Below, one piece after another: positions 1 through 9,655 of a DNA stretch of 59,442 bases (positions are counted from its first letter, which is position 1; each line of letters opens with the position of its first letter). Both the position numbers and the translations under genes were made by a program. Source of the DNA: Azonexus sp. (lineage in GTDB: Bacteria; Pseudomonadota; Gammaproteobacteria; Burkholderiales; Rhodocyclaceae); the NCBI GenBank assembly GCA_041918795.1, contig JAYRUZ010000001.1, positions 1 through 59,442 of the forward strand. The letters are read 5' to 3'. The notes under the pieces were generated by a model. That model was not told the origin of the DNA. It saw only the letters and a list, made by a program, of their open reading frames with translations, and searched no databases.

Positions 1-42
1 TGTAAGGCGGCGCGATAATCGACCGCGCCGGGCGCGATAAAT
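1..42 (+). repeat. Left prophage end with two putative transposase-binding sites
   Basis: Terminal TG; GGCGCGATAA at 9-18 and 31-40 (22-bp period). Confidence 0.7.
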
Positions 43-86
43 TGCAGTAATTTGAATTTAGCAATACGAAATAAAATTTCACCGCA

Positions 87-1514
87 TCAAACCCAGCCAA
101 TCGGTGAAAGACTCGACACCAACTCATTGCTACGTGGGTTGAAACTGCTGTAAAAAGTCCCCGACCAGTCGAATTGCTCGACAACGCCAGGCGCGATGCG
201 ACATTTCGAGACGCCGAGCACATTGATGTGCGAAACGTTGTTGGTGCGCCAGGCGAAGTTCGCCTTATCCCCGAACGGCGCCAACCAAAACGCGACAGTC
301 GCACCGTTGTCGGTGATGCTCAGGTCGTGGTCGGCAAGCCGCGCCGTTGAGCTGACTGATGGAAAACTGATTACATCCGGATAAAGCGGGAGGATGTCCC
401 CATCCATCCACGGAAACGTTGAAAAGTGGAAAACTTCGGCGGAAATTTCGGCCGTTCCAGATCGCACCCTGGCAGCACCGGTACTAATCGTTTCGTCATT
501 GATATCGCATGTCTGCTCGAAACACATTAAGTGCAAACTACCGTTTTTGTCATAGCCAGCATTTGCGAAGACATACTCGTTCAGTGCCCGGTAGTAGTAG
601 CTGACTCTGAGCGTGCATGGCATGTACCAAGCGCCAGCATCTTCATAGACCGCACCGGTCTGTGTCGCCTGAACTTCCCAACGTTGAGAGGGTTGAGTGA
701 CATCACCTGGCCATCTCAAAGTCGCCGGCGATGCTGACGTGCCATCGGCATTGAACACCACCTCCCAGACCTCGAAAAGCCGTTCCTTCGTATTGTCCCA
801 GACCGGTTTCGGAGCACCGCTACCATCCACCGGCCAATCAGGCGGTATTGTCGATGGGGTCTTGCCATCGCCACGAATCTTTGCCTCCAGCTTGATGATG
901 ATCTTCCTACCATCCGGCGCCGCTTCCATCGTGACAACTCGATAACTCGGGTCATAGCCAAATGACAAAGCGGGAAGTCGAGGGTAGTACTTGAACTGAT
1001 AGGTCAAGTCCTGAACCAAAACAGCATCGAACACTTCCGTTGGCGGCGTAAATGGCACAAGCGTGTTGATTTTTCCGAACACAGGACCACGGTACAAGCG
1101 AATCCTCACATTATTCGCACCGGCCGGAGACGATGTCGAAATGTCGTTGTACCAGGTGTATTCAAGGCGCATTTTCCGCCAGGCGCCGGCCGTCGAATCC
1201 CACAACAGCCATTCATAGCGGTTATTCAGCACCTTCTTTGTCGATAAGGGTGAATACCGGAAGTCGTCAGAAAAAATGATCGCATCGGTCAACAGCTGGC
1301 CGCCAAGAGCAGCAATGCTATCCGGCGTACTCACCGCCGGCAGGCCTGGCGCTTTGATATATCGAGTATCCCCGAGGTTTCCGGAGGGAGTTTTCACCGT
1401 ATGCTCGACGCCATCCACAGTAATACTGCTGACCGGCGAGCCAGGCATCAAGTCGATGGTTCCGGTACTGAGCCGACCGTGCCACGGATTCCCGAACTTC
1501 AGCGACTCGCTCAC
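87..1514 (-). CDS. Phage tail tip / putative receptor-binding protein
   Basis: 475 aa, last gene of the tail operon, beta/aromatic-rich, N-terminal FGNPWHG motif, lower GC than neighbours. Confidence 0.6.
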   Translation of the reverse strand: MSESLKFGNPWHGRLSTGTIDLMPGSPVSSITVDGVEHTVKTPSGNLGDTRYIKAPGLPAVSTPDSIAALGGQLLTDAIIFSDDFRYSPLSTKKVLNNRYEWLLWDSTAGAWRKMRLEYTWYNDISTSSPAGANNVRIRLYRGPVFGKINTLVPFTPPTEVFDAVLVQDLTYQFKYYPRLPALSFGYDPSYRVVTMEAAPDGRKIIIKLEAKIRGDGKTPSTIPPDWPVDGSGAPKPVWDNTKERLFEVWEVVFNADGTSASPATLRWPGDVTQPSQRWEVQATQTGAVYEDAGAWYMPCTLRVSYYYRALNEYVFANAGYDKNGSLHLMCFEQTCDINDETISTGAARVRSGTAEISAEVFHFSTFPWMDGDILPLYPDVISFPSVSSTARLADHDLSITDNGATVAFWLAPFGDKANFAWRTNNVSHINVLGVSKCRIAPGVVEQFDWSGTFYSSFNPRSNELVSSLSPIGWV

Positions 1515-1792
1515 ACCGGCACCTGCTTGATGACGCCAACCGTGAATTCGACACCGCTGATAGTTGTCTTGAGCGACTCAGGCCAATAAAGCGTGAATAG
1601 CCCGTCCGAGCTGGCCACGGTTTTTGTGCCGCCAGCCGTGAAAGGCCCAGCTGCGCCAGATGGCGTATTGCCAGATGTTAGAACGGCCGCTGACTTTACT
1701 GCGGGCGCCTCACCGCGCGGCTTTGGCGGCTGCTCCACCGCTTGGGAGCGATCAGTCAGATCGCGCAGTGCACTGGTCAGGTCTTTTGCCAT
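1511..1792 (-). CDS. Small tail protein
   Basis: ATG at 1792 overlaps the upstream stop (TGATG); translationally coupled on both sides. Confidence 0.6.
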   Translation of the reverse strand: MAKDLTSALRDLTDRSQAVEQPPKPRGEAPAVKSAAVLTSGNTPSGAAGPFTAGGTKTVASSDGLFTLYWPESLKTTISGVEFTVGVIKQVPV

Positions 1793-3528
1793 CAGAAACT
1801 GATCTCCAGATTGCCAGAACACATCGTTACCGCAACCGCCAACGAACCATCAACGGTGACCGGATCGCGGGCATCGGCATCGACCTGCGGCATGATGATG
1901 CGAAACTGCGTGTTGAATACCGGCTTTTCAGAATCGTAAGAGTCGGCGGTTGGCAGCACGTTGCACAAGAACCCGACGAGCGCATCCTCATCGGGTACGG
2001 CGGGCGTCTCATACGCCGCGCCGATATGATTGCCCAAAACGATCGTTCCGCCGGCATAGCTATCGGTCGGCTCTGCCGGCACAACATCAACACTGATAAT
2101 CTCGGCGAATACCGAATCTCCCTCTGGGCAGGCGATGACATACGTCGTCGTGCCGTTGCCAGCCTCCAGATCGATTGATTCATCGAACGAAATGATCTGG
2201 CCTTTGGCTGCAACGTCGTATGCCGCCACTGCCAGAACCTGGCCGATTTCGAAGCGCGGATCGCTCATTCGCGAAAAGCGCACCTGGCGCTTTCGCTTGC
2301 CCTCTGCTGCGCGCCGCAGCGCCTGAGCCACCACGTAGGTCGCAGCAAACTGAATCGTCCAGATATCGTGCGAACCGAACCAGTTCATTGCTCCGTTGGC
2401 GGGTGGCCACGGTGCCGACAATCCCTCATATCCTGTCGGCGGTGTTGTAACAGTCGGAGCGTTTGCGGAATACAGTCCAGTCGTCGTCTCGGTAGTATCC
2501 GCGCGCTCCCAGTCACCGGCATTGAAATCTGAATTCAGGGTAGCGCTCACTGTCTCATCATCGCCGATACCACCCATCGGAATCGAATAGGAATACACCG
2601 TCTCAACATCCTGATACCAGCGACGATACAGCGTTGCCGAGAGCGCATCGCAAAGGTTCGGAGCCACACTCGCATCGAGCAGGTAGTAGCGAGTTACCCC
2701 CCCAACGATCACCGGATACGACCCAGGCGTGGGCTCGGTGATAACTACCTTGCCTTTCACATACCAGTCGGAAATTCCGTCAATCGCCGCCTGCACGGTT
2801 GATTTTGGCAAGTTCGGCAAGCCGTCGAGCAGGTATCGTGAATAATCGACATGCTCCCAGCTCAGCGCTACTTCCATCGAGTGCAGGCGGTGATGGCGAT
2901 GCACCAGCTTGGCAACAACGTTAGCCGGCAACTCATCGCGATTCGGGATAGAAACCACAAGGGAATCCGCATCGACGTCGCTGGCCGTCAACGATGCTAC
3001 CTCGGTATCAATCGCCCACGGAACGGCGCGCCAGACGCCAAAAGAGTCAATAAACGTCGCCCCCAGGCTGGCCTGCTCAAGCGCTTCAAAATAGGCTAGT
3101 GGATCAGGATCGGCATAGTTCCAAGCGCCATGCACTTCCTCGCAGACATAAGGCTGTGCGTCGGCCAGCAAGTCATAAACCGCATCGGGGTCGGCACAGG
3201 CCAGGATCGTCTGCTCATAGGCATCGCGCGCGATGATTTGAAGTAAACGGCTGCTGGCGTCGAATTCCTGGCTTTCCACCTTCCCAGTGAAACGGCGATA
3301 GGTCTCTGTCGTTGCCCCGCGCTGCAGCACGATATCGATCGTCACGTCCTTGCCGGAAACAAAGCTCAGATCGGCGCTCGTTTGCGGCACGATGGCAAAG
3401 GTGGCCACGCGCGGCGCACCCTCTTCTGCGGTGATGCTGACGCTTCCAGCCAGCCATTGCGAATAGTCGACACTGTCGATCGTGACAACGACATCGAATT
3501 TAGCGGCGTGTCCAGTGTCGTGAATCAT
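1792..3528 (-). CDS. Tail tip / hub protein
   Basis: 578 aa acidic protein, two genes after the tape measure gene, coupled overlaps. Confidence 0.65.
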   Translation of the reverse strand: MIHDTGHAAKFDVVVTIDSVDYSQWLAGSVSITAEEGAPRVATFAIVPQTSADLSFVSGKDVTIDIVLQRGATTETYRRFTGKVESQEFDASSRLLQIIARDAYEQTILACADPDAVYDLLADAQPYVCEEVHGAWNYADPDPLAYFEALEQASLGATFIDSFGVWRAVPWAIDTEVASLTASDVDADSLVVSIPNRDELPANVVAKLVHRHHRLHSMEVALSWEHVDYSRYLLDGLPNLPKSTVQAAIDGISDWYVKGKVVITEPTPGSYPVIVGGVTRYYLLDASVAPNLCDALSATLYRRWYQDVETVYSYSIPMGGIGDDETVSATLNSDFNAGDWERADTTETTTGLYSANAPTVTTPPTGYEGLSAPWPPANGAMNWFGSHDIWTIQFAATYVVAQALRRAAEGKRKRQVRFSRMSDPRFEIGQVLAVAAYDVAAKGQIISFDESIDLEAGNGTTTYVIACPEGDSVFAEIISVDVVPAEPTDSYAGGTIVLGNHIGAAYETPAVPDEDALVGFLCNVLPTADSYDSEKPVFNTQFRIIMPQVDADARDPVTVDGSLAVAVTMCSGNLEISF

Positions 3529-3962
3529 ACGGTCTCACACACCAATTCCCAGCTGCGGTTGTTGGCGCGGTCGCCGGCCTGTGTCGGCTCATCGGCCAGG
3601 ACAGTCATCTTGACGTAGACGTAGCGCACATTCTTGTCGGCTTGATCAGTCACCAAATGCTCATCAAATGGCGCACTGCGCGCCGACCATCCGTCTGGCA
3701 AAACCTCGCCATCGTTCAGTGCGATAGGCAAAGGCAACTCGATCTCGAACTCTTGACTGTAATCGATGCCGAGCAACGCCGGAGGAATCCATCCCCTGGC
3801 CGACAAGCTAATCCGATGCTTCTTCCAGTGCGTCAATTTATAGGCTCGCCCGTCCGCCATCCGGCGCACCGAAGAACCCCCAATCGGCTGGATCTGTTGA
3901 TCGAATTCCAGCCAGGCAATAGTCGATACTTCAATACCGGCAATGATCAGGGTCGGCGTCAT
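3525..3962 (-). CDS. Distal-tail-like protein
   Basis: 145 aa directly after the tape measure gene, ATGA overlaps. Confidence 0.6.
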   Translation of the reverse strand: MTPTLIIAGIEVSTIAWLEFDQQIQPIGGSSVRRMADGRAYKLTHWKKHRISLSARGWIPPALLGIDYSQEFEIELPLPIALNDGEVLPDGWSARSAPFDEHLVTDQADKNVRYVYVKMTVLADEPTQAGDRANNRSWELVCETV

Positions 3963-6280
3963 TTGCGGCTTCTCCGGCGGGTGCTCAGGCGGGCCATCTG
4001 GAAGGCACGAGTCAGGTCACTGGCAGTCGAATTCGACGTTTCCGCGCGGTATTTGCCAAGCTCTCCAAGATCGATCACCAGCGGCGTCTGCGATGATGAA
4101 TGCCCAGCCCCGCCAAAACCTGGCGAACGCATGAGTCCACTCGGCTGGCCGACTTCACCGCCAAAGGCATATCGCGGCGCCCAGCGCTTCAGCGCCTTCA
4201 TGCCATCGCGGTTGAAGTCGTGCATAAACGGCAAGGCGCCCGGCTGGCGCATCGTCGGCTCCTGCACCATGAACTCCCGCGCCGTCGCCCAGACCAGGAT
4301 ATTGTCGGCACGCGAATGCGGCGACCAGCCTGGGATCGGGCCACCATAAGCGCGCGAAACCGTTCCGTCCGGGGTCGCGATTGGGGCGTTAGAGGCATTT
4401 ACCGTATTAACGGTCACTGTAACGGTCTTATCTTTCAGTGCGTCAAGCTGGCCTTGCAGCCCCTTGACCTTGGTCTCGGCATCGGTGATGTCGGCCTTGA
4501 CCTCGATGGCCCGCGCATCGGCCTTCATCTTCTCCAGCTTGGCCTGCAGTTCGTTCAGCGTGGCGGCCTGTGCGTCGGCAGTAGATTTAGCCTCTGCAGC
4601 CTTCTTCTTGTCCATGCTGGCACCAGCCTCTTGGAGCCCCGCCAGTGAGGCGGTGATCGACTGCATGGCAAAAATGTCCTTAACCTCGGAAGCCATGTCG
4701 AGCGCCGCCTGCAGCCGCTTCTCGGCGTTCTCTACCTCTTTGTCGAACAGCTTGGCGTCGCCCTTTAGGGCAGCAATGCGAGCGCTACGCGCAGCGGCAT
4801 CGCCCTGCTGCTGCAGGTCGTTCAAGCGTGCCTGCTTGGCTGCTAGCTGATCATCCTCGGAAAGGCCGGAAATAGAAGCGTTGAAAATTTTCTGCTCGCC
4901 GGCAGCGCGAATATCCGAAGCCTTGGCCAGCCGCTTCTGGGCCGACTCAGCAAATTTCTCAGCCTCGCTCAGTTGCTCTTGCCAGGACTTGCGCACCGCA
5001 TCGACCAGGCGCTGCTGATCGGCGATCCGCGCGTCGATATTTTCCTTGTCTTTCTTGGCGATGTTGTCCGAGGTCCGCCCCTGCTCGTAGGCATTTAGAT
5101 CAGCAAGACGCTTTTTCTGAACTGCCAGTTGCTCTTCAAGAAGCGCTCGCTTTTTTCCGGAATCAACGGCACTCTGGACAACTTTCTGATCAGTCAAAAG
5201 TTGCTTCTGCAACACCGCATCGATATCTCTGCCCAGCTCGTTCCAAATGGCCTTCGCACCGGCAACGTCACCCGTCAGCGCTGCCTTCGCTGCTGCCGCA
5301 TAGCCGGCCAGGCCAAGGCCGACGATCTTGATGATGCGGTACAGGCCATCGAAGCCATTGATCAGGATCTTGACGCCTTCCGCCAGCGCCGTCGAAGCCG
5401 GCCCGGCCTCATGCAGCTCCTGGGCGAGCGCGTTGATGGTATTGGCCAGTACGGAACTGCCGCCGGCGGCCTGATCGGTTGCCCCAACGAATAGCAGCAC
5501 TTCGTTTTTCAGGCCGGTCATGGCCTGGCTAACCGTTGGTGGCATTTGCGAGAAATTGGCATCGATCTCAGCTGCCATTTTCTGCAATGCACCGGCCACC
5601 AAATTGGCCGTCAGCTTCCCTTCTTCACCTAGCTTGCGCAGCTCGCCAAGAGGCACGCCCAAGCCATCGGCGATCGCTTGGGCCAATGCAGGCGTCTGCT
5701 CCAGGACGCTATTCAATTCCTCGCCGCGCAGAACGCCAGAACCAAAGCCCTGGCCGAGCTGTACCAGAGCGGCTTCAGCGGCCTGCGCCGATGCCCCGGA
5801 AAGCTGAATCGCCTGGTTGATCGTCGTGATGATCCCGACCGCCTGCTTGCCCCCCAGGCCGATCCCTTGCAGCGCCGGCAGCATCTTCGTGTAGAGATCC
5901 ACGGTCGCCACCAGGTCGGAGCGCGTGGCACGCGCCGAGTTCTGCAGCAGCACAAAGGTCTCGGAGAAATCGCCGGTGTATTGCGTGGCCAGCTTCAGCC
6001 GGCCGATCATCTGGCTATAGGTATCCGATAGCTGTACCAGCTCACGAATGGTCAGGCTGACCCCCAGGGCATTGAGCGCCTGCGCGCCCACCCCTTGCAG
6101 ACTCTTCAGCCGTGCTTCGACGGCCGCGATCCCGGCCTGGGTGTTTTGTAGCCCACCCGCCTTGTCGGTCTGCAGGAAAGTCTGCCCGAGCGACTTGCCC
6201 GCTGCCTCGGTTTGCGCCAGCGCACGGATGGCACCGGCGTTGGTGCCATCGATGATCAGCTTGAGAAGGAGTTGATTCAC
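3959..6280 (-). CDS. Tail tape measure protein
   Basis: 773 aa Ala-rich helical protein; N-terminal tape-measure motif (QLGQGFGSGVLRGEELNSVLEQTP); C-terminal AxGG motifs. Confidence 0.92.
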   Translation of the reverse strand: MNQLLLKLIIDGTNAGAIRALAQTEAAGKSLGQTFLQTDKAGGLQNTQAGIAAVEARLKSLQGVGAQALNALGVSLTIRELVQLSDTYSQMIGRLKLATQYTGDFSETFVLLQNSARATRSDLVATVDLYTKMLPALQGIGLGGKQAVGIITTINQAIQLSGASAQAAEAALVQLGQGFGSGVLRGEELNSVLEQTPALAQAIADGLGVPLGELRKLGEEGKLTANLVAGALQKMAAEIDANFSQMPPTVSQAMTGLKNEVLLFVGATDQAAGGSSVLANTINALAQELHEAGPASTALAEGVKILINGFDGLYRIIKIVGLGLAGYAAAAKAALTGDVAGAKAIWNELGRDIDAVLQKQLLTDQKVVQSAVDSGKKRALLEEQLAVQKKRLADLNAYEQGRTSDNIAKKDKENIDARIADQQRLVDAVRKSWQEQLSEAEKFAESAQKRLAKASDIRAAGEQKIFNASISGLSEDDQLAAKQARLNDLQQQGDAAARSARIAALKGDAKLFDKEVENAEKRLQAALDMASEVKDIFAMQSITASLAGLQEAGASMDKKKAAEAKSTADAQAATLNELQAKLEKMKADARAIEVKADITDAETKVKGLQGQLDALKDKTVTVTVNTVNASNAPIATPDGTVSRAYGGPIPGWSPHSRADNILVWATAREFMVQEPTMRQPGALPFMHDFNRDGMKALKRWAPRYAFGGEVGQPSGLMRSPGFGGAGHSSSQTPLVIDLGELGKYRAETSNSTASDLTRAFQMARLSTRRRSRK

Positions 6281-6304
6281 GCTTTGCTCCAGCGCCTGGT
6301 CATT

Positions 6305-6742
6305 TCATCGCCAGATCGATCGCAGCCTTGAAAACACGCCACGGATAAAACCAAACCTGGGCGTGACCGCGCTCGACAAGGACCACAGCGGCGGCTTCAA
6401 GGTCGGCGAGAGCACGGTCCGCCCGAGTTCCACTACCCGGCTCCGCATCTGAAAAAAATCCGGGTTGACCTCTTTGGCCAGTTCGAAGGCGCGCTTGATT
6501 TCGCTGGGCGGCAGGCGATCAAGATCATCGCTCTTCAGGCTGCTCAGATAGGTCATATCGGGCAGGCTGAAATCTTCGAACAGGGTCATGTCGACAACAT
6601 CGACCTGGTCGGTGCCGGAAGCCTTCAGCCACTGGCGAATCTCGCCCACCGTCAGCTCCTTGAAACCGGCACTGATTACCACGACCTTGCCTTTTAGATC
6701 GACGCCGCGCAGCGGCTCAGTGCGGACCGCGCGCATGTCCAT
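6305..6742 (-). CDS. Tail assembly chaperone (gpG-like), with predicted -1 frameshift product ending at 6300
   Basis: Lies between tail tube and tape measure genes; T-TTT-TTT heptamer at 6452-6458; -1 frame open to TGA at 6300-6302. Confidence 0.8.
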   Translation of the reverse strand: MDMRAVRTEPLRGVDLKGKVVVISAGFKELTVGEIRQWLKASGTDQVDVVDMTLFEDFSLPDMTYLSSLKSDDLDRLPPSEIKRAFELAKEVNPDFFQMRSRVVELGRTVLSPTLKPPLWSLSSAVTPRFGFIRGVFSRLRSIWR

Positions 6743-7473
6743 CAGGACACCCCGCCGATTTCAAAGTGATAGAACGGGCTTTCGCTGGCCGGCTTGGTAT
6801 CGTCAGCCAGAAGCTCAGCTTCGACGTCGAAGGAAACGTGCTCATCGCCAACCAGGTCGATATTGCTCGCCGGGCCAAAGGCAAGGCGATAGAATTCACC
6901 GAACGCTGGCTGATTGTTACGCTCATTCACCCCGTCGAATACGCAGCGAAACTCCTTGGTCGTGTTCATCAGGCCATCGATGCGCGTCACGGTCAGCGCC
7001 GTGTAATCCATGGTGATATCGTCGCCAGCGATCAACGACCCACCGGTCAGCGGCACGATACCCGCGCGCTGACGACGGTAGTCGGTGCCTTCAACTAACG
7101 AGGTCGCGCCTTTCTTGACCGTCATTGCAGCCGACATGTCCTGCCGCTTGTTAGTAAGGATCAGGCCACCAATTACGATATCGCTGTGCGCCTCGTCGGT
7201 CACCGCACCACCAGCAATGGTGGTCAGCTTGCCACCGAACACAATTTCGACGACCTGCTTCAGGAGATCGCGGAATTGGAAGCTCAGCTTTGCGGCCTTG
7301 ACCCGCTTGTAATTCTCATAATTCCCCCCGCCAGGCGTCCGCGTATTGGGAATATTCTTCTCTTCGATTTCCTGGGTAAGCTGAACTTTGGTCGGGTTCC
7401 CGGTCGACAAGAGCGGGCCATCCCCGTCCTGCAAGGAAACGATCCCTTTAAAAATCGCGGCAGTTGTAGCCAT
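6742..7473 (-). CDS. Major tail tube protein
   Basis: 243 aa, strong AAGGAG RBS, upstream of chaperone and tape measure genes; no sheath gene present. Confidence 0.8.
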   Translation of the reverse strand: MATTAAIFKGIVSLQDGDGPLLSTGNPTKVQLTQEIEEKNIPNTRTPGGGNYENYKRVKAAKLSFQFRDLLKQVVEIVFGGKLTTIAGGAVTDEAHSDIVIGGLILTNKRQDMSAAMTVKKGATSLVEGTDYRRQRAGIVPLTGGSLIAGDDITMDYTALTVTRIDGLMNTTKEFRCVFDGVNERNNQPAFGEFYRLAFGPASNIDLVGDEHVSFDVEAELLADDTKPASESPFYHFEIGGVS

Positions 7474-7524
7474 GGCGTGACTCCTTGGATTGGTTGATTA
7501 ATCGATTGATCAAATGACAACCCA

Positions 7525-7570
7525 AGTTTTTCACCGACACCCGGCAATTCGCAGGGTGAAGAACTTCAAC
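7525..7570 (-). promoter_or_regulatory. Putative activator-dependent late promoter (tail operon)
   Basis: On the minus strand GTTGAA-N4-TTCACCCTGC (7570-7551), then 20 nt, then -10-like AAAACT; same layout at 14713 and 29750. Confidence 0.75.
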
Positions 7571-7634
7571 AAGCAGAGAACTGTGATTCTGGAGAAAGGC
7601 CCGCTTCGCAAGGGAAAGGCGTCGGCGGTTAGCG

Positions 7635-7856
7635 CTACGCCCACTCACTCCCGGTCCATCGCTTCGGCACTGCCGGCACCCAAGCCGTTCCACTCCAATA
7701 CTGAATGGCGATCTGCTCCCAAGCGCTTCCGTTCCATACATACACAGCATCGACATGGCCGACCCTGAACTGAATGGCGTTTCCGGCCGGCGCGACATAC
7801 GGCTCACCGGTTACTCTGAATGCAATCGCATTACCCGCTGGCGGCTCGTAGCTCAT
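7635..7856 (-). CDS. Small virion protein with WxGxxW repeats
   Basis: 73 aa; two PAGNAIxFRV repeats and three WxGxxW repeats. Confidence 0.65.
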   Translation of the reverse strand: MSYEPPAGNAIAFRVTGEPYVAPAGNAIQFRVGHVDAVYVWNGSAWEQIAIQYWSGTAWVPAVPKRWTGSEWA

Positions 7857-7858
7857 GA

Positions 7859-8722
7859 CTAAACCGGAACCAGCCGATCAATGATTTCCGGGCGCTCAGA
7901 ACCTCCGATCAAACCCTCGACAAACGGTGAATAATCCGGGGTAAACGCAGCGCCGTAGCGACCCGCATTGACCTGCGACAGCTCTCTGAGCTTGCCATTG
8001 AGGAAGCCGATCGCCGTTGACGCCCCATTAGCACCGACAGTTGGACGATTTGAAGCAACAATGTAGTTGTTTGGCGTGGGCGACGGCTCAACATACGAAC
8101 TCCCTCGCTGCACGCCGTCTGCGAAAATTCGTGTAATACCTGACAGCCGACACAAAATCACTTCAGTTTCGACACCAACCGTAAAGACGCCGGAAGCCGA
8201 TATTCTGGTAACAGCATTGGTCATGAACTCAATGCCGCCACCCGCCTTTAAAAACAGGCTGAGGTAATAACCGTTAGTTCCGGTTGGCCGCCCATCGTAA
8301 AGCGCCCCATCTGCAGATATTGAATTGGGCGTGTACAACAATCTGATGAAGAAGTCAGACGTTCCTGGAGCACCTGGCGAATTGAAATATACATAGTCGC
8401 CATTGCCGTCCAAGTTCAGGAAGCCGCCAGAGACGACTGCGTTACCAACTGCAGTGACCGTATTGCCAAGCACATCGGCTAGATTTGTCGAAAAATGCGC
8501 TGCAATCTTGTATTTAGAAGGGAAAGCGACATCGACACTGCTGTAACTGTGAGCCGTACAAAAGTGCTCATCGGTAAATGGCGTCGTGATGCTGAATAGG
8601 CCGTTTTCATCCGCCAGCACCTGGTCGACGTACGCTCCGGTCTTTCGGCGATAGGCGCGAATCAACCAGGGCAAGCCGGTATTGCCGATCAGGTGCTTGA
8701 TATCTCCGCTCAGTGTCGCCAT
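7859..8722 (-). CDS. Virion protein with LamG/ConA-like beta-sandwich domain
   Basis: 287 aa; LDGNGDY...IFADGV...IGFLNGKLREL pattern typical of ConA-like domains; lower GC. Confidence 0.7.
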   Translation of the reverse strand: MATLSGDIKHLIGNTGLPWLIRAYRRKTGAYVDQVLADENGLFSITTPFTDEHFCTAHSYSSVDVAFPSKYKIAAHFSTNLADVLGNTVTAVGNAVVSGGFLNLDGNGDYVYFNSPGAPGTSDFFIRLLYTPNSISADGALYDGRPTGTNGYYLSLFLKAGGGIEFMTNAVTRISASGVFTVGVETEVILCRLSGITRIFADGVQRGSSYVEPSPTPNNYIVASNRPTVGANGASTAIGFLNGKLRELSQVNAGRYGAAFTPDYSPFVEGLIGGSERPEIIDRLVPV

Positions 8723-8728
8723 GGCGAA

Positions 8729-8968
8729 TTAAGGTGTCTTGATCCAAAGATCGCCGACCGAGTGCGGTCCGCTCGGCTCGGTTGATTGAACGTAGATGGT
8801 CGGTCCGGAAATTGAATTGATTTCGCTTTGCAGCTCGTTGATGGCGCCGACCAACGAGGCTTTTTCCGTCGTTGATAACGACGAGTTTTCACCTAGCTGT
8901 GTTTTCAATGCCTTGATATCGGCACCGATCGCCGATATCAGCGACGCCAGTTGGCTCTGCAGGCTCAT
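8729..8968 (-). CDS. Short fibre-like protein, paralog of the upstream gene
   Basis: 79 aa; AIGADIK...SLVGAINELQSEI shared with the gene at 9464; ends with a PSGPHSVGDLWI fibre motif. Confidence 0.7.
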   Translation of the reverse strand: MSLQSQLASLISAIGADIKALKTQLGENSSLSTTEKASLVGAINELQSEINSISGPTIYVQSTEPSGPHSVGDLWIKTP

Positions 8969-8973
8969 GCCGG

Positions 8974-9464
8974 TCAGGCCTTGGCAGTGGCGTAAAGGGC
9001 AGCCAAGTCAGTTTCTGGGTCGCCGACACCGATATTGGCGCAGGCCTGCGCTTTCTGCCCGGTCGTCAGCGACTGGGCGGCATCGTAGGCCAGCCGATTG
9101 CCGACCGCGGTCAGCAGGTTAGCGATGCGGTGTCGTCGCCCTGCAGCTCGGCCTGGATCTCGACCAGGGTGTCGTAGGCTGCACTGGCGCCGCCGAGGAT
9201 TTCCGCTTTCAGGCTGGCCAGCAGATCGAGAATCTTGTCGGCGGAATAGGTGTGCGCGGTGTCACCGTCGCCGGCGGTGTCCAGGATCGCGGCGCCACCG
9301 CTACCGACGGCGCTAATTTCACTCTGCAGCTCGTTGATGGCGGCGACCAGCGAGGTCTTCGCATCGGTAGTCAGCGTAGTCAAGTTGCCCTGGTTGGCCA
9401 ACAGGGTTTTGATATCGCCGCCGATGGCAGTGATCAGGGCGGCGATGCGTGTTAGTAAGCTCAT
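8974..9464 (-). pseudogene. Fibre-like virion protein interrupted by a 1-nt frameshift near 9127 (or sequencing error)
   Basis: ORF stops at 9111, but the adjacent frame continues IANLLTAVGNRLAYDAAQSLTTGQKAQACANIGVGDPETDLAALYATAKA* to 8974; total 491 nt = 3n-1. Confidence 0.75.
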
Positions 9465-9475
9465 GGCTCTCTCCG

Positions 9476-9655
9476 TTAAAGCTTGGCGATCTCGTACAAG
9501 AGGGCGAGGTCGTTATCGAAGGCGTCGGTTCCCGGCGGCCCCGGTGGCCCCGGCACGCCCAGCTCGACTTCGATCAGCTGGGGCTCGGGCACGATCTCGA
9601 CCAGCACCTCAATCGGGTCAGGCACGACCTGGACGATTTCCGGGAAGTCAGCCAC
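9476..9655 (-). CDS. 59-aa protein with short collagen-like GVPGPPGPPG motif (not in ORF track)
   Basis: GTG at 9655 to TAA at 9476: MADFPEIVQVVPDPIEVLVEIVPEPQLIEVELGVPGPPGPPGTDAFDNDLALLYEIAKL; fills the operon gap. Confidence 0.75.
   Translation of the reverse strand: MADFPEIVQVVPDPIEVLVEIVPEPQLIEVELGVPGPPGPPGTDAFDNDLALLYEIAKL

Noticed and set aside
87-1514. Possible DGR or invertible host-range cassette at the tail end
   Set aside because: No reverse transcriptase, invertase, template/variable repeat pair or gix-like sites seen.
8915-8939. Palindrome GATATCGGC...GCCGATATC
   Set aside because: Inside coding sequence (ISAIGADI) and explained by codons.
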